Shown in pieces: positions 18,426-27,682 of a DNA stretch of 64,000 bases. Under the pieces are notes generated by a model. It saw only the letters and a program-made list of their open reading frames with translations, searched no databases and was not told the origin of the DNA. A program made the position numbers and the translations under genes. Origin of the DNA: an uncultured Chloroflexia bacterium (lineage in GTDB: Bacteria; Chloroflexota; Limnocylindria; Limnocylindrales; CSP1-4); contig CAWKHN010000015.1 of assembly GCA_963849495.1 (NCBI GenBank), positions 294,723 through 358,722 of the forward strand. The letters run 5' to 3'. Each line of letters opens with the position of its first letter. Position 1 is the first letter of the stretch.

Positions 18426-20795
18426 ATGACGGAGGCGCAGGCACTCACGACGACCGCAGAGGTCTCGGGGATGGGTCACTCGATGAAGCGCAAGGAGGAC
18501 CCGCGCTTCATCCGGGGTCAGGGCGAGTACATCGAGGACGTCGTCCTGCCGAACATGGTCTGGATGGACATCGTCCGCAGCCCGTACGCCCACGCGAAGA
18601 TCAAGTCGATCGACGCCAGCGAGGCCCTGGCCATGCCGGGCGTGCTCGCGGTGATCACCGGCAAGGACCTCGAGAAGGCCGGTCTCCACTGGATGCCGAC
18701 CCTCGCCGGCGACAAGCAGATGGTGCTGCCGGTGGACACGGTGATGTACCAGGCCCAGGAGGTGGCGGCCGTCATCGCGACGACCCGCTACCAGGCGGCC
18801 GATGCGATCCAGGCGGTCCTCGTGGACTACGAGCCGCTGCCGGTGGTCGTCGATCCGTTCAAGGCGCTGCTGCCGGACGCGCCGGTGCTCCGCCCGGATC
18901 GCGGGCCGGACAAGGCCACCAACCATATCTGGCACTGGGAGTCGGGCGACAAGGACGCGACCGATGCGGCTCTCGCCGCATCGGACAAGGTCGTCCCGAT
19001 CGACGTCTACATCCCGCGCATCCACGTCTCGTCGATCGAGACCTGTGGCTGCATCGCGGACTGGAACCCCGTCCGCGCCCATCTCGACTTCCACGTCACG
19101 AGCCAGGCGGCGCACGTCTACCGGACGGTCATCAGCCTGGTCTCGGGCATCCCCGAATCGAGCATCCGGGTCAAGACGCACGACATCGGCGGCGGGTTCG
19201 GCGGCAAGGTGCCGGTCTACCCGGGTTATGTCATCGCGATCGTGGCCTCGCTGACGCTGGGGCGGCCGGTCAAGTGGATCGAGGACCGGTCCGAGAACCT
19301 GCAGGCCGATTCGTTCGCCCGTGACTACCACATCCACGCGGAGATGGGCCTCAGCAACGAGGGCCAGATCAACGGCCTGCGGGTCAAGACGCTCGCGGAC
19401 CACGGCTACACCGACGCGGCCGCCGATCCCTCGAAGTTCCCGGCCGGCCTGTTCAACGTGATCACCGGCTCCTACGACATGCCCACCGCGTTCGTCGAGG
19501 TGGACGCCGCCTACACCAACAAGCCGCCCGGCGGCGTCGCCTACCGCTGCTCGTTCCGCGTGACCGAGGCGGTCCACACCATCGAGCGGCTCGTCGACCA
19601 GGCGGCCCGCGAGATCGGCATGGACCCGGCTGCGTTCCGGATGAAGAACTTCATCCGGAAGGACCAGTTCCCGTACCACACGCCGACCGGCTGGGAGTAC
19701 GACTCGGGCGACTACCACACGGCACTGCAGAAGGCGCTGGACACGATCGGCTACGACGACCTGCGCAAGGAGCAGGCGGAGAAGCGCGCCCGCGGCGAGC
19801 TGATGGGCATCGGCATCTCGTCGTTCACGGAGATCGTCGGCGCCGGCCCGTCCCACGACTTCGACATCATCGGCATCAAGATGTTCGACTCGGCCGAGCT
19901 CCGGGTGCACCCGACCGGCTCGGCGATCCTCCGGCTCGGCGTCCAGAGCCAGGGCCAGGGCCATGAGACCACCTACGCGCAGATCGTCGCCGAGGAGCTC
20001 GGCATTCCGGCCTCGAAGGTGACGGTCGAGGAGGGCGATACGGACACCGCGCCGTACGGCCTCGGCACCTATGCCTCCCGGTCCACGCCGGTCGCCGGCG
20101 CGGCCACCGCCATCGCTGCGCGCAAGATCCGCGAGAAGACCCGCCACCTGGCCGCGCACCTGCTCGAGTGCTCGCCCAACGACCTCGAGTGGACGAACGG
20201 CAAGTGGAGCGTCACCGGCTCGCCGGACCGCTTCAAGACCATCGCGGAGCTTGCCTTCGCGGCCTACACCAATCATCCCGAGGGGATGGAGGCCGGCCTC
20301 GAGGCGGTCGACTACTACGACCCGCCCAACCTGACCTTCCCGTTCGGCAGCTACATCTGCGTCGTGGACATCGACAAGGGCACGGGGCAGGTGAAGATCC
20401 GGCGCTTCGTCGCGATCGATGACTGCGGCAACATCATCAACCCGATGATCGTGGACGGGCAGATCCACGGCGGCCTGACGATGGGCATGGCCCCGTCGCT
20501 GTACGAGGAGATCTCGTACGACGAGCAGGGCAACAACCTCGCCGGGACGTTCATGGACTACCTGCTGCCGACGGCGATGGAGACACCGTCCTGGGAGACC
20601 GGCAAGACGACCACCCCCTCGCCGCACCATCCGCTGGGCGCGAAGGGAGTGGGGGAGTCTGCGACCGTCGGCGCCCCGCCCGCCATCGCCAATGCCGTCG
20701 TGGACGCGCTCGCCCATCTCGGCGTCACCAACGTGGACATCCCGATCACGCCCCAGAAGGTGTGGCGGATCCTCCACGACAAGGGCGTGGTCTGA
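18426..20795 (+). CDS. coxL: aerobic CO dehydrogenase large subunit, form I (Mo-Cu type)
   Basis: ATG at 18426 after GAAGGAG. Active-site loop GGVAYRCSFRVTEA carries the form I VAYRCSFR signature; the Cys is the Cu ligand. Confidence 0.9.
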   Translation: MTEAQALTTTAEVSGMGHSMKRKEDPRFIRGQGEYIEDVVLPNMVWMDIVRSPYAHAKIKSIDASEALAMPGVLAVITGKDLEKAGLHWMPTLAGDKQMVLPVDTVMYQAQEVAAVIATTRYQAADAIQAVLVDYEPLPVVVDPFKALLPDAPVLRPDRGPDKATNHIWHWESGDKDATDAALAASDKVVPIDVYIPRIHVSSIETCGCIADWNPVRAHLDFHVTSQAAHVYRTVISLVSGIPESSIRVKTHDIGGGFGGKVPVYPGYVIAIVASLTLGRPVKWIEDRSENLQADSFARDYHIHAEMGLSNEGQINGLRVKTLADHGYTDAAADPSKFPAGLFNVITGSYDMPTAFVEVDAAYTNKPPGGVAYRCSFRVTEAVHTIERLVDQAAREIGMDPAAFRMKNFIRKDQFPYHTPTGWEYDSGDYHTALQKALDTIGYDDLRKEQAEKRARGELMGIGISSFTEIVGAGPSHDFDIIGIKMFDSAELRVHPTGSAILRLGVQSQGQGHETTYAQIVAEELGIPASKVTVEEGDTDTAPYGLGTYASRSTPVAGAATAIAARKIREKTRHLAAHLLECSPNDLEWTNGKWSVTGSPDRFKTIAELAFAAYTNHPEGMEAGLEAVDYYDPPNLTFPFGSYICVVDIDKGTGQVKIRRFVAIDDCGNIINPMIVDGQIHGGLTMGMAPSLYEEISYDEQGNNLAGTFMDYLLPTAMETPSWETGKTTTPSPHHPLGAKGVGESATVGAPPAIANAVVDALAHLGVTNVDIPITPQKVWRILHDKGVV

Positions 20796-20799
20796 GGCC

Positions 20800-21903
20800 A
20801 TGCCCGGACGAAGCCTGTTCCGACGCGTCGCCGAGCTCGAGGCCGCCGGGGGGACGTTCGCGGTCGCCACCGTGGTGGCGGTCCAGCGGCCGACCTCCGC
20901 CCGGCCCGGCGCGAGCGGCATCGTCCACCCGGATGGCACGATCGAGGGCTGGGTCGGCGGCAGCTGCGCCCAGCCCGTCGTCGTCCGCGAGGCCCTGCGG
21001 GCGCTCGTCGACGGTCATCCGCGCCTGCTCCGCCTCTCGAAGTCGGCACCGGCCGAGGGCCGGCGGGGGGACGGGGTGGTCGAGCTCGTGATGACCTGCC
21101 ACTCGGGGGGCACCCTGGAGATCTACGTGGAACCGCATCTTCCGGCGCCCTCGCTGTGGGTCGCCGGCACGACGCCCATCATCGGCGCGCTCGTCGCGCT
21201 GGGCTCGGCGACCGGCTGGCGCGTGTCGGTGTTCGACCCGATCGCCGACGTCGACGCCTTCCCGGACGCGGAGCGCGTCTCGACCGACACCGCCCTCGGG
21301 CGGATCGATCCGGAGCTCTCCCCATACGTGGTCGTGGCGACGCAGGGGATCTGGGATGAGGAGGCGGTGGCCGCCGCGTTGCGCCGCGAGGTCTCGTACG
21401 TTGGCCTGGTTGCCTCGCCGACGCGCGCGAGCGTGGTGCGGACGTGGCTGCGCGAGGAGGCGGGCATCCCCGAGGAGCGGCTGGCCGCGCTGCGGGCCCC
21501 GGCCGGTCTCGACCTGGGTGCCGAGACGCCCGAGGAGATCGCGCTCTCGATCCTCGCGGAGCTCGTCCAGGTGCGTCGTGGCCGGGCGCCGTTCATCGCA
21601 AAGCCGGGGCCGGCCACGCTCGTCGGGGAGGCGGCGGCCGTCGCGCCGCTGCAGCCCGTCGTCGACGACATCGTGCTGCTCGATCCGGTGTGCGGGATGA
21701 CGGTCGATCGCGCCCATGCCCGGCATCTCGCCGAGCACGAGGGCACGGTCTACGCGTTCTGCTCGATGGGCTGCCGCACGGCGTTCATCAAGGAGCCCGG
21801 CGCGTACGTCACCGCCGCGTCCAGCGGCGGTCCATCGGGTGCTGCCGTGTCCGAGGAGGGCTCGTCCGGCGGCGACTCGTCCACGTCCACCACAGGGGCC
21901 TGA
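20800..21903 (+). CDS. coxF: XdhC/CoxF-family cofactor-insertion protein fused to a C-terminal YHS/TRASH metal-binding domain
   Basis: ORF 20692..21903 with ATG at 20800. The N-terminus is XdhC_CoxI-like (FAVATVVAVQRPTSARPGASGIVHPDGTIEGWVGGSCAQ) and a Rossmann domain follows. The C-terminus reads DPVCGMTVDRAHARHLAEHEGTVYAFCSMGCRTAF, a YHS-type Cys motif. Confidence 0.8.
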   Translation: MPGRSLFRRVAELEAAGGTFAVATVVAVQRPTSARPGASGIVHPDGTIEGWVGGSCAQPVVVREALRALVDGHPRLLRLSKSAPAEGRRGDGVVELVMTCHSGGTLEIYVEPHLPAPSLWVAGTTPIIGALVALGSATGWRVSVFDPIADVDAFPDAERVSTDTALGRIDPELSPYVVVATQGIWDEEAVAAALRREVSYVGLVASPTRASVVRTWLREEAGIPEERLAALRAPAGLDLGAETPEEIALSILAELVQVRRGRAPFIAKPGPATLVGEAAAVAPLQPVVDDIVLLDPVCGMTVDRAHARHLAEHEGTVYAFCSMGCRTAFIKEPGAYVTAASSGGPSGAAVSEEGSSGGDSSTSTTGA

Positions 21904-21926
21904 TCGGCCCAGCCTCGGAGGCCTCG

Positions 21927-22370
21927 ATGCAGTTTCAGGGCACCGTCCAGATTGCCGCGCCACGTGACCGGGTGTGGGCATTCCTCATGGATCCCGACCA
22001 GGTCGGCGGATGCGGACCGGGCGTCGAGTCCATCGAGGTGATCGATGCCGATCACTTCAAGGCGAAGGCAAAGGTGGGCGTCGGGTTCATCTCCGCGCGC
22101 TTCGTCGTGGAGATGACCGTGGCCGAGCGCAACGAGCCCGACCTCGCGATCCTCAAGGCGCACGGGCAGGCGCCGGGATCGGCCGTCGATGCCACGGCGA
22201 ACATGAAGCTCTCCGGCCCCCCGGAAGGCCCGACCACCATGGACTGGTCCGCCGATGTGCTGATCGCCGGGACGCTGGCGTCGGTGGGTGCGCGGATGAT
22301 CGAGGGAACGGCCAACAAGATGATCGGCCAGACCTTCGAGTGCATCCGCTCCAAGCTCGAGGCCGGCTGA
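21927..22370 (+). CDS. coxG: CoxG (SRPBCC-fold) CO dehydrogenase subunit G
   Basis: 147 aa. MQFQGTVQIAAPRDRVWAFLMDPDQVGGCGPGVESIEV is the typical CoxG N-terminus. It is hidden in the long ORF 21444..22370. Confidence 0.8.
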   Translation: MQFQGTVQIAAPRDRVWAFLMDPDQVGGCGPGVESIEVIDADHFKAKAKVGVGFISARFVVEMTVAERNEPDLAILKAHGQAPGSAVDATANMKLSGPPEGPTTMDWSADVLIAGTLASVGARMIEGTANKMIGQTFECIRSKLEAG

Positions 22371-22518
22371 GGGGCCATCCGGCGGCCCGCGGTCCCGGCC
22401 ACTCGTCGCCCTCGCCCTCGCCGCGACTCACGTTGGGGTCAATGGGCCTCCCGCCGAGCGTGGCTCGCTGCCGCAACCTTGACCTCGCGGGTCGACCTGA
22501 GCGCGCCGCACCTCCGCC

Positions 22519-22543
22519 TGACCCACACACGTGTCAATCGGCG
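22519..22543. repeat. left flank repeat of the VapBC cassette (tgacccacacACGTGTCAATCGGCG)
   Basis: Shares A(C/T)GTGTCAATCGGCG with 23308-23322, and the tgaccca...aYgtgtca head with the MITE-like elements at 3201 and 4415. Confidence 0.5.
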
Positions 22544-22610
22544 CCCGTGCCCTCGTGCGCCAAGGTCGGTTGTAGGTCCGGGGGGATCGGGCGTCAGAGC
22601 CGCCGTTGGC

Positions 22611-23072
22611 TCAGACGCCAATGACCTCGATCTGATCGCGCGACAACCCGGCGGCCTCGCGGAGCAGATCCATGTCGTCGGGGTCGGACGTGAGGATCAC
22701 AGCCGCACCTGCGGCCACAGCCTCCGCCATGACGATCGCGTCGACCGCGGACGGTGGCCGGTCGCCCTTCCGACGCCGACCCGACGTCCGCCGGAGATCC
22801 CACGCACGGGCGCGCAGGATCCCGGCCTGGCGGGCGCGCTCGGGGGTGAGCGGCAGTTCCTCGTCGACACTCCCGATGACTCCGTCGATCATTGCGTGGT
22901 CAGGCCGGTCGGTCACCACCTCGGCAAGCACAGCCGACGGGATCGCCACCTGGCGTCCCTCGGTGCGGGCGCGCGCGAGGACAGCACGGGCATCACGATT
23001 GCCGTCAGCGATCGCCGAGATCCCGCCCGAGTCCAGCAGGAGTGCGCCTCGGCTGACTGCTACCTCGGCCAA
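22611..23072 (-). CDS. vapC: PIN-domain ribonuclease toxin
   Basis: TTG start overlapping the vapB stop. ...LLDSGG... with conserved acidic residues. Confidence 0.75.
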   Translation of the reverse strand: MAEVAVSRGALLLDSGGISAIADGNRDARAVLARARTEGRQVAIPSAVLAEVVTDRPDHAMIDGVIGSVDEELPLTPERARQAGILRARAWDLRRTSGRRRKGDRPPSAVDAIVMAEAVAAGAAVILTSDPDDMDLLREAAGLSRDQIEVIGV

Positions 23073-23281
23073 GGCGTCTGGTCGATGCGATGCCGGACCT
23101 CGTCAGGGATGGGACCGTAGACCGCGGACAGGTCGCGCTCGAGGTCGACCAAGCGATCATGCTGGAGCGCCCGCCCGAGAGCCTCGTCGAGATAGCGCGA
23201 GAACCCGCGCTCACCGACTCGCGCCTTGGCCTCGCGGACCCGGTCCGGGTTGAGGGTGGTGGAGAACTTCGCCGTGGTCAT
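23060..23281 (-). CDS. vapB: antitoxin of the VapBC pair
   Basis: 73-aa protein immediately upstream of, and overlapping, the PIN gene. Confidence 0.7.
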   Translation of the reverse strand: MTTAKFSTTLNPDRVREAKARVGERGFSRYLDEALGRALQHDRLVDLERDLSAVYGPIPDEVRHRIDQTPWPR

Positions 23282-23287
23282 GGCGCT

Positions 23288-23308
23288 ATCCTACTGCGGG
23301 TAGGATAC
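23288..23308 (-). promoter_or_regulatory. perfect palindrome TATCCTAC-tgcgg-GTAGGATA abutting the vapB start; probable autoregulatory operator overlapping a TAGGAT -10 box (leaderless mRNA)
   Basis: tatcctactgcgggtaggata lies 6 bp from the vapB ATG. Confidence 0.45.
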
Positions 23309-23461
23309 ATGTCAATCGGCGGGACCTACCAACCGTCCTTGATGCACATGCCCGTGCCACGCGGGACTGCTGAGCCGCGCGCAGACCACCGTTAGGCCCG
23401 TTCCCTCGTTGGTCCGCGGTGTCGTCGCCCAGCAGATGCCCGCGGTGCCGGTGCGCCGGGG

Positions 23462-23710
23462 TCAGGCGTCCTGGAACACGGTCCAATGGGAGACGTGCTC
23501 GAGCGCCTCATCCACGGTCCGCTCGACCTCGACCTGCGCCGTCGGGTAGCCGGCCTCCCGCAGGAGGGCCTGGACCCTCGCGGCCGCCTCCGGCCCGCCG
23601 GGGCAGCATCCGGACTGCTCGACCTCGTCGCGCGCATGCTCGAAGGCCCGGACGAAGTCGGGATCGCTCCACGGGATGAGCCTGGCCTTGATGTGCATCG
23701 TGGTGGTCAT
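23462..23710 (-). CDS. small hypothetical protein (82 aa)
   Basis: C-terminal segment of ORF 23462..24586. ATG at 23710 preceded by GGAGG. Sequence MTTTMHIKARLIPWSDPDF...CCPGG... Confidence 0.5.
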   Translation of the reverse strand: MTTTMHIKARLIPWSDPDFVRAFEHARDEVEQSGCCPGGPEAAARVQALLREAGYPTAQVEVERTVDEALEHVSHWTVFQDA

Positions 23711-23815
23711 CTCGACAACCTCCAGCCTCCATTCTCTGCGCGGTGAGCCACGGAGGGCAGGGCCGGAGGGCCCGCGGTCGTCACGAAGGGCCCGCAGCGT
23801 GCCAGACTGAACGGC

Positions 23816-24454
23816 ATGGAACGGCTTCACACGGTCATCGGACCCGTCGCAACCAACGTCTACGTGCTCGCGGACCCCGCTTCGCGCGAGGCGATCGCGA
23901 TCGACACGGCCACCCCGTCGCTGGCGTGGATCACGGGCGCGCTCGAGGAGCGCGGCTGGACGCTCAAGCTGATCGTGAGCACCCACGGACACTGGGATCA
24001 CATCGGCGATAACGCCGCGCTCGCCGAGCACACCGGCGCCCCGATCGCGGTCCACCCCGACGACCGCTATCGGCTGATCGATCCGAAGCCGCTCTACGCC
24101 CCGTTCCCGATCGTCCCGTCGGTTCCGGCGGTCGACCTGGCCGAGGGCGGCGAGATCCGTTTCGGCGAGATCCGGCTGCGCGTGCTCCACACGCCCGGCC
24201 ACACGGAGGGCTCGGTCTGCCTGCTCGCGTACGACGAGGGCCTGCTGTTCAGCGGCGACACGCTGTTCACCGGCGGATGGGGCCGGGTGGACTTCCCCGG
24301 CGGCTCGGCGGAGGCCATGGCCGAGTCGATCGCCCGCCTGGCCGCGATGGAGGATCACCTCCGCGTGTTCCCGGGTCACGGGGCGGCGACCACGATCGGG
24401 CGTGAGCGGGCCTGGATGGACCTGGTCCGCCGTGAGGGCCGCCTCCTGCTCTGA
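23816..24454 (+). CDS. MBL-fold metallo-hydrolase
   Basis: HGHWDHIG metal-binding motif. 212 aa. Confidence 0.85.
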   Translation: MERLHTVIGPVATNVYVLADPASREAIAIDTATPSLAWITGALEERGWTLKLIVSTHGHWDHIGDNAALAEHTGAPIAVHPDDRYRLIDPKPLYAPFPIVPSVPAVDLAEGGEIRFGEIRLRVLHTPGHTEGSVCLLAYDEGLLFSGDTLFTGGWGRVDFPGGSAEAMAESIARLAAMEDHLRVFPGHGAATTIGRERAWMDLVRREGRLLL

Positions 24455-24743
24455 CCAGCGACGGGCCTCTGGTCGCCAACGCTGCCTTGGGTCGGGGCGG
24501 CTCCCACCGGACCGCATGCCACCCGCTGACTCAGCCGGCGCATCAGGAGGCGACCCCGGCTGGGGCGCTCGGCGCTCCAGGGCCACTATTTCGTCACTCG
24601 GTTGCGGCCTGGTCGTGCCGCTGACGCGCCACGTGAGTCACGAGAGATCGGCCGGCACGCCGCCGCCGCCAGCGGGGAGCCGGAGCACGCCGCCGGAGGG
24701 ACCGGCACCCGCCACCGCTCCCCCCAACGGCCGCAGGCCCCCC

Positions 24744-25424
24744 TCAGCCCCCTCGGCGATATCGAGCCTCGAGGACCGCCGTTCCGTGCACCGCGGCCCC
24801 GGCGAGCGCGCTCCGGACCGCCGCGGCCCGGGGCGTTCCCGGGAGCCCAAGCGGAGCCGCGAGCGCGTACAGCGTGAACACGTAGCGGTGGTCGCCGGAG
24901 GGCGGGCACGGGCCGCCCCAGCCCAGGCGCCCGAAGTCGTTGAACCCCTGGCGCGGGGAATCCGGGGAGGCCGAGATCCCCAACGGCAGCGCGCCGCTCA
25001 GCGAGCCTGAGACATCGAGGACCAGCCAGTGCACGAAGCCGCTCGCATCGGGGTCGTCCACGACGAGCACCAGGGCAGCCGTGCCCACCGGGACGCCGTC
25101 CCACTCGAGGTCCGGCGAGACGTCCTCGCCGTCGCACGTGAACCGCCGGGGGATCGAGCCACCGGCGACGAAGGCGGACGAGGAAAGGGTGAACGCGGGC
25201 ATGGTCGCCTCCTGGGTAGCGGACGGGGCGGGGGATGGGGTGCCGGGCGGGGCGGACACGGGACCGGCCGTCGACGCCGTCACGCCGGGCGAGGTCGCGG
25301 CTGGAGGGACGATGGACGGCACGGGAGGCGTCACGGTCGAGGGCGCAGGCGCGCACCCGGTGAGGACCAGGGCAATCACCACGGCAGTGACGATCAGCCG
25401 ATTCCGGCCAATCGATCGCTCCAT
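24744..25424 (-). CDS. YbhB/YbcL (PEBP) family lipoprotein
   Basis: Signal peptide plus lipobox (VLTGC). The PEBP core reads FTCDGEDVSPDLEWDGVP...DPDASGFVHWLVLD...GPCPPSGDHRYVFTLYAL. Confidence 0.8.
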   Translation of the reverse strand: MERSIGRNRLIVTAVVIALVLTGCAPAPSTVTPPVPSIVPPAATSPGVTASTAGPVSAPPGTPSPAPSATQEATMPAFTLSSSAFVAGGSIPRRFTCDGEDVSPDLEWDGVPVGTAALVLVVDDPDASGFVHWLVLDVSGSLSGALPLGISASPDSPRQGFNDFGRLGWGGPCPPSGDHRYVFTLYALAAPLGLPGTPRAAAVRSALAGAAVHGTAVLEARYRRGG

Positions 25425-25432
25425 GGTAGCCG

Positions 25433-26515
25433 TCAGCCGGCGTCCGGCTGATCGCCCGTGGGCCGCCAGCCATCCGGCGCCGCGTGCTCGAGCGGGCGCC
25501 CGTACGCCCGCCAGCGCCGCGCGACGAGGAAGCCGAGGCCCTCGTAGAGCTGCAGCGCCCCGGTGGGGTTGGACCCATCGACCCCGAGCCAGGCCTGGTC
25601 CATGCCCTTCGCGCGCAGCACACGGAACGAGGCCGTGCACAGTGACTTGGCCACGCCCCGGCCGCGCCAACGACGGCGCACCGAGACGTGCTCGAGCCAG
25701 CCGCGACGGATGCCGAGCGCCTCGTTCTCGGCCGCGTAGATGGCGTTCATCACCACGCCCGCGACCTCGTCGCCGTCCCAGGCCACGCACCACAGCGAGG
25801 TGTCGACGTCCGGCCCCTCGAACGTGGTGACGAAGTCCCCCTCGGTCGCCTGGCGGTGGCCCCAGTGATCCCGGAACGCTTCCTCGTCGGCATCGAAGAT
25901 CGCGCGGTGCAGGTCCGGCGTCACGGGCCGGAGGTCCAGGCCGGCCGGCAGCGGACGATCCGGCAGGGAGCCGCTGATCGGTCGCCGCATCTCGAACCCG
26001 TAGCGGATCGGGACGTAGCCCTCGGCGGCGAGCAGGGCCAGCTCGCCCTGCTCGACGTCCAGCGCATAGCTGCGCAGCTCGCGGGGACCCGGGCGAGGGT
26101 CTCCTGCCGCCTCGGCGGCCAGCCGCGAGCGTGTGGCCCGGGCCAGGGCGGTGCCGATCCCCCGACGGCGATGCTCGGGCACGACGGCGCCCCACGTCTC
26201 GCACACGAGAGCACCGCCACGCTCGACGCGGTAGCCCATGGCGAACCCGGCAGCCCGGCCGTCGACCTCGGCGACGAGCACGTCCCGCCCCAACTCGAAG
26301 GCCTCGAGCGGGTCGTACTCGGCCGCAAGGCTGTCGCCGGATCGGACCTCGTCGATCCCGTCCGCCCGCCGCGCCCGGTTGACCATGTCCGCCAGGACGT
26401 CCCAGTCGCCGGGGACGGCGAGGCGGAACGTGAGCCCCGCGATGGCAGGGGCGTCGGGAGTGTTCATGGGGCGAATGATGGACTCGGAGACGACGGCCGG
26501 CGTGAGGTGGGTCAT
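25433..26515 (-). CDS. tandem-GNAT N-acetyltransferase (mycothiol-synthase MshD-like architecture)
   Basis: Two GNAT cores (EHRRRGIGTALA...; VRRRWRGRGVAKSL). The start is uncertain (26515 or 26467). Confidence 0.7.
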   Translation of the reverse strand: MTHLTPAVVSESIIRPMNTPDAPAIAGLTFRLAVPGDWDVLADMVNRARRADGIDEVRSGDSLAAEYDPLEAFELGRDVLVAEVDGRAAGFAMGYRVERGGALVCETWGAVVPEHRRRGIGTALARATRSRLAAEAAGDPRPGPRELRSYALDVEQGELALLAAEGYVPIRYGFEMRRPISGSLPDRPLPAGLDLRPVTPDLHRAIFDADEEAFRDHWGHRQATEGDFVTTFEGPDVDTSLWCVAWDGDEVAGVVMNAIYAAENEALGIRRGWLEHVSVRRRWRGRGVAKSLCTASFRVLRAKGMDQAWLGVDGSNPTGALQLYEGLGFLVARRWRAYGRPLEHAAPDGWRPTGDQPDAG

Positions 26516-26529
26516 GGGTCTGCTCCCGT

Positions 26530-27681
26530 TCATCGCTCGTTCCCGTACTTTGCGGCCATGTGGCGGCTCGATGCCTGGGAGATCGCCTTCCACCGGCGCC
26601 GCTCGGCCTCCTGGAGCAGGCGGTCGCCGGACCGGGCGACGTGCGCCGCCTCCTTCTCCAGCTTTCGATGGCTTGCCAGCCGGTCCGGGGTCAACCGGCC
26701 ATCGGCCAGGGCGGCCCGAACCTCGCAGCCCGGCTCTCCCTCGTGGCGGCAGTCGGTGAACCGGCAGCCGGCGGCCAGGTCGGCGATGTCGGCGAACGCC
26801 GGATCGAGTCCCTCGGCCGCACCGGCAACACCCAGCGAGCGAATGCCGGGGGTGTCGATCAGGAGCGCACCGCCGGGGAGCCGGACCAGCTCGCGATGCG
26901 TGGTGGTGTGGCGGCCGCGCGAGTCGGTGTCGCGGACGGCGCTCGTTCGCTGCCGCTCGTGGCCCACCAGCGCGTTGACGAGCGTGGACTTGCCCGCGCC
27001 CGACGAGCCCAGCACGACGGCCGTCCGGCCGGGTACCAGGTGATCGCGCGCGAGGGCGCTCACGCCGTCACCGGTCAGAGCGGACACCGCCAGGACGCTG
27101 ACCCCGGGGGCCACGGCCTCCGCCGCGACGCGGAGCCCGTCGATGTCCACGGCGAGGTCGGCCTTGTTGAGCAGGACCACCGGCGTGGCGCCGCCGCTGA
27201 ACGCGACCGCGATGTACCGCTCCAGGCGCCGCAGATTGAAGTCGTTGTCCAGGCCCGCGACGACGAGCGCCACGTCCACGTTCGCGGCGAGCACCTGCTC
27301 GTCGACGGCGTGGCCGTCCTCCGCTCCCCTTCGGAACACCGTCCGGCGGGGCAGGATCGCGTGGATCACCGTGGATCCCGCGTCGGACTGGTCGACTGCC
27401 GACACGGTACTGACGACCCAGTCGCCGACGGCCGGGAGGTCGGCCGGACCGAGTGCCATGTGGCGAAGTCGGCCGGACACGACGGCGTTGCGGTCGCCGT
27501 CCGGCGTGGCCAGCACCCAGGCGTCGCGATGGGCGGCGATGACCCGGGCCGGCCATCGCTCCGGGTCCGAGAACGGCTCGAAGGAGGCGGCCCAGCCCGG
27601 GTCCCAGCCGAGGCCGGACAGCGCGTGGTTCGGGACGGTGACCTCCGATGAGGCTCCGCCCGGGGTCGAGAGACGGTCCAT
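26530..27681 (-). CDS. rsgA: ribosome small-subunit-dependent GTPase A
   Basis: Circularly permuted GTPase motifs (VLLNKADL before GSSGAGKSTLVNAL) and a C-terminal Zn finger (CRFTDCRHEGEPGC). Confidence 0.85.
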   Translation of the reverse strand: MDRLSTPGGASSEVTVPNHALSGLGWDPGWAASFEPFSDPERWPARVIAAHRDAWVLATPDGDRNAVVSGRLRHMALGPADLPAVGDWVVSTVSAVDQSDAGSTVIHAILPRRTVFRRGAEDGHAVDEQVLAANVDVALVVAGLDNDFNLRRLERYIAVAFSGGATPVVLLNKADLAVDIDGLRVAAEAVAPGVSVLAVSALTGDGVSALARDHLVPGRTAVVLGSSGAGKSTLVNALVGHERQRTSAVRDTDSRGRHTTTHRELVRLPGGALLIDTPGIRSLGVAGAAEGLDPAFADIADLAAGCRFTDCRHEGEPGCEVRAALADGRLTPDRLASHRKLEKEAAHVARSGDRLLQEAERRRWKAISQASSRHMAAKYGNER

Positions 27682-27682
27682 C

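Noticed and set aside
18321-20939. 872-aa minus ORF antisense to form I coxL, and the 323-aa plus ORF 18353..19324
   Set aside because: Overlapping the conserved CoxL frame. No domain signatures and extreme Arg/Gly bias.
21444-22370. 308-aa ORF as a single large protein
   Set aside because: Only the C-terminal 147 residues (from the ATG at 21927) match CoxG. The upstream part overlaps the real coxF-YHS gene in another frame.
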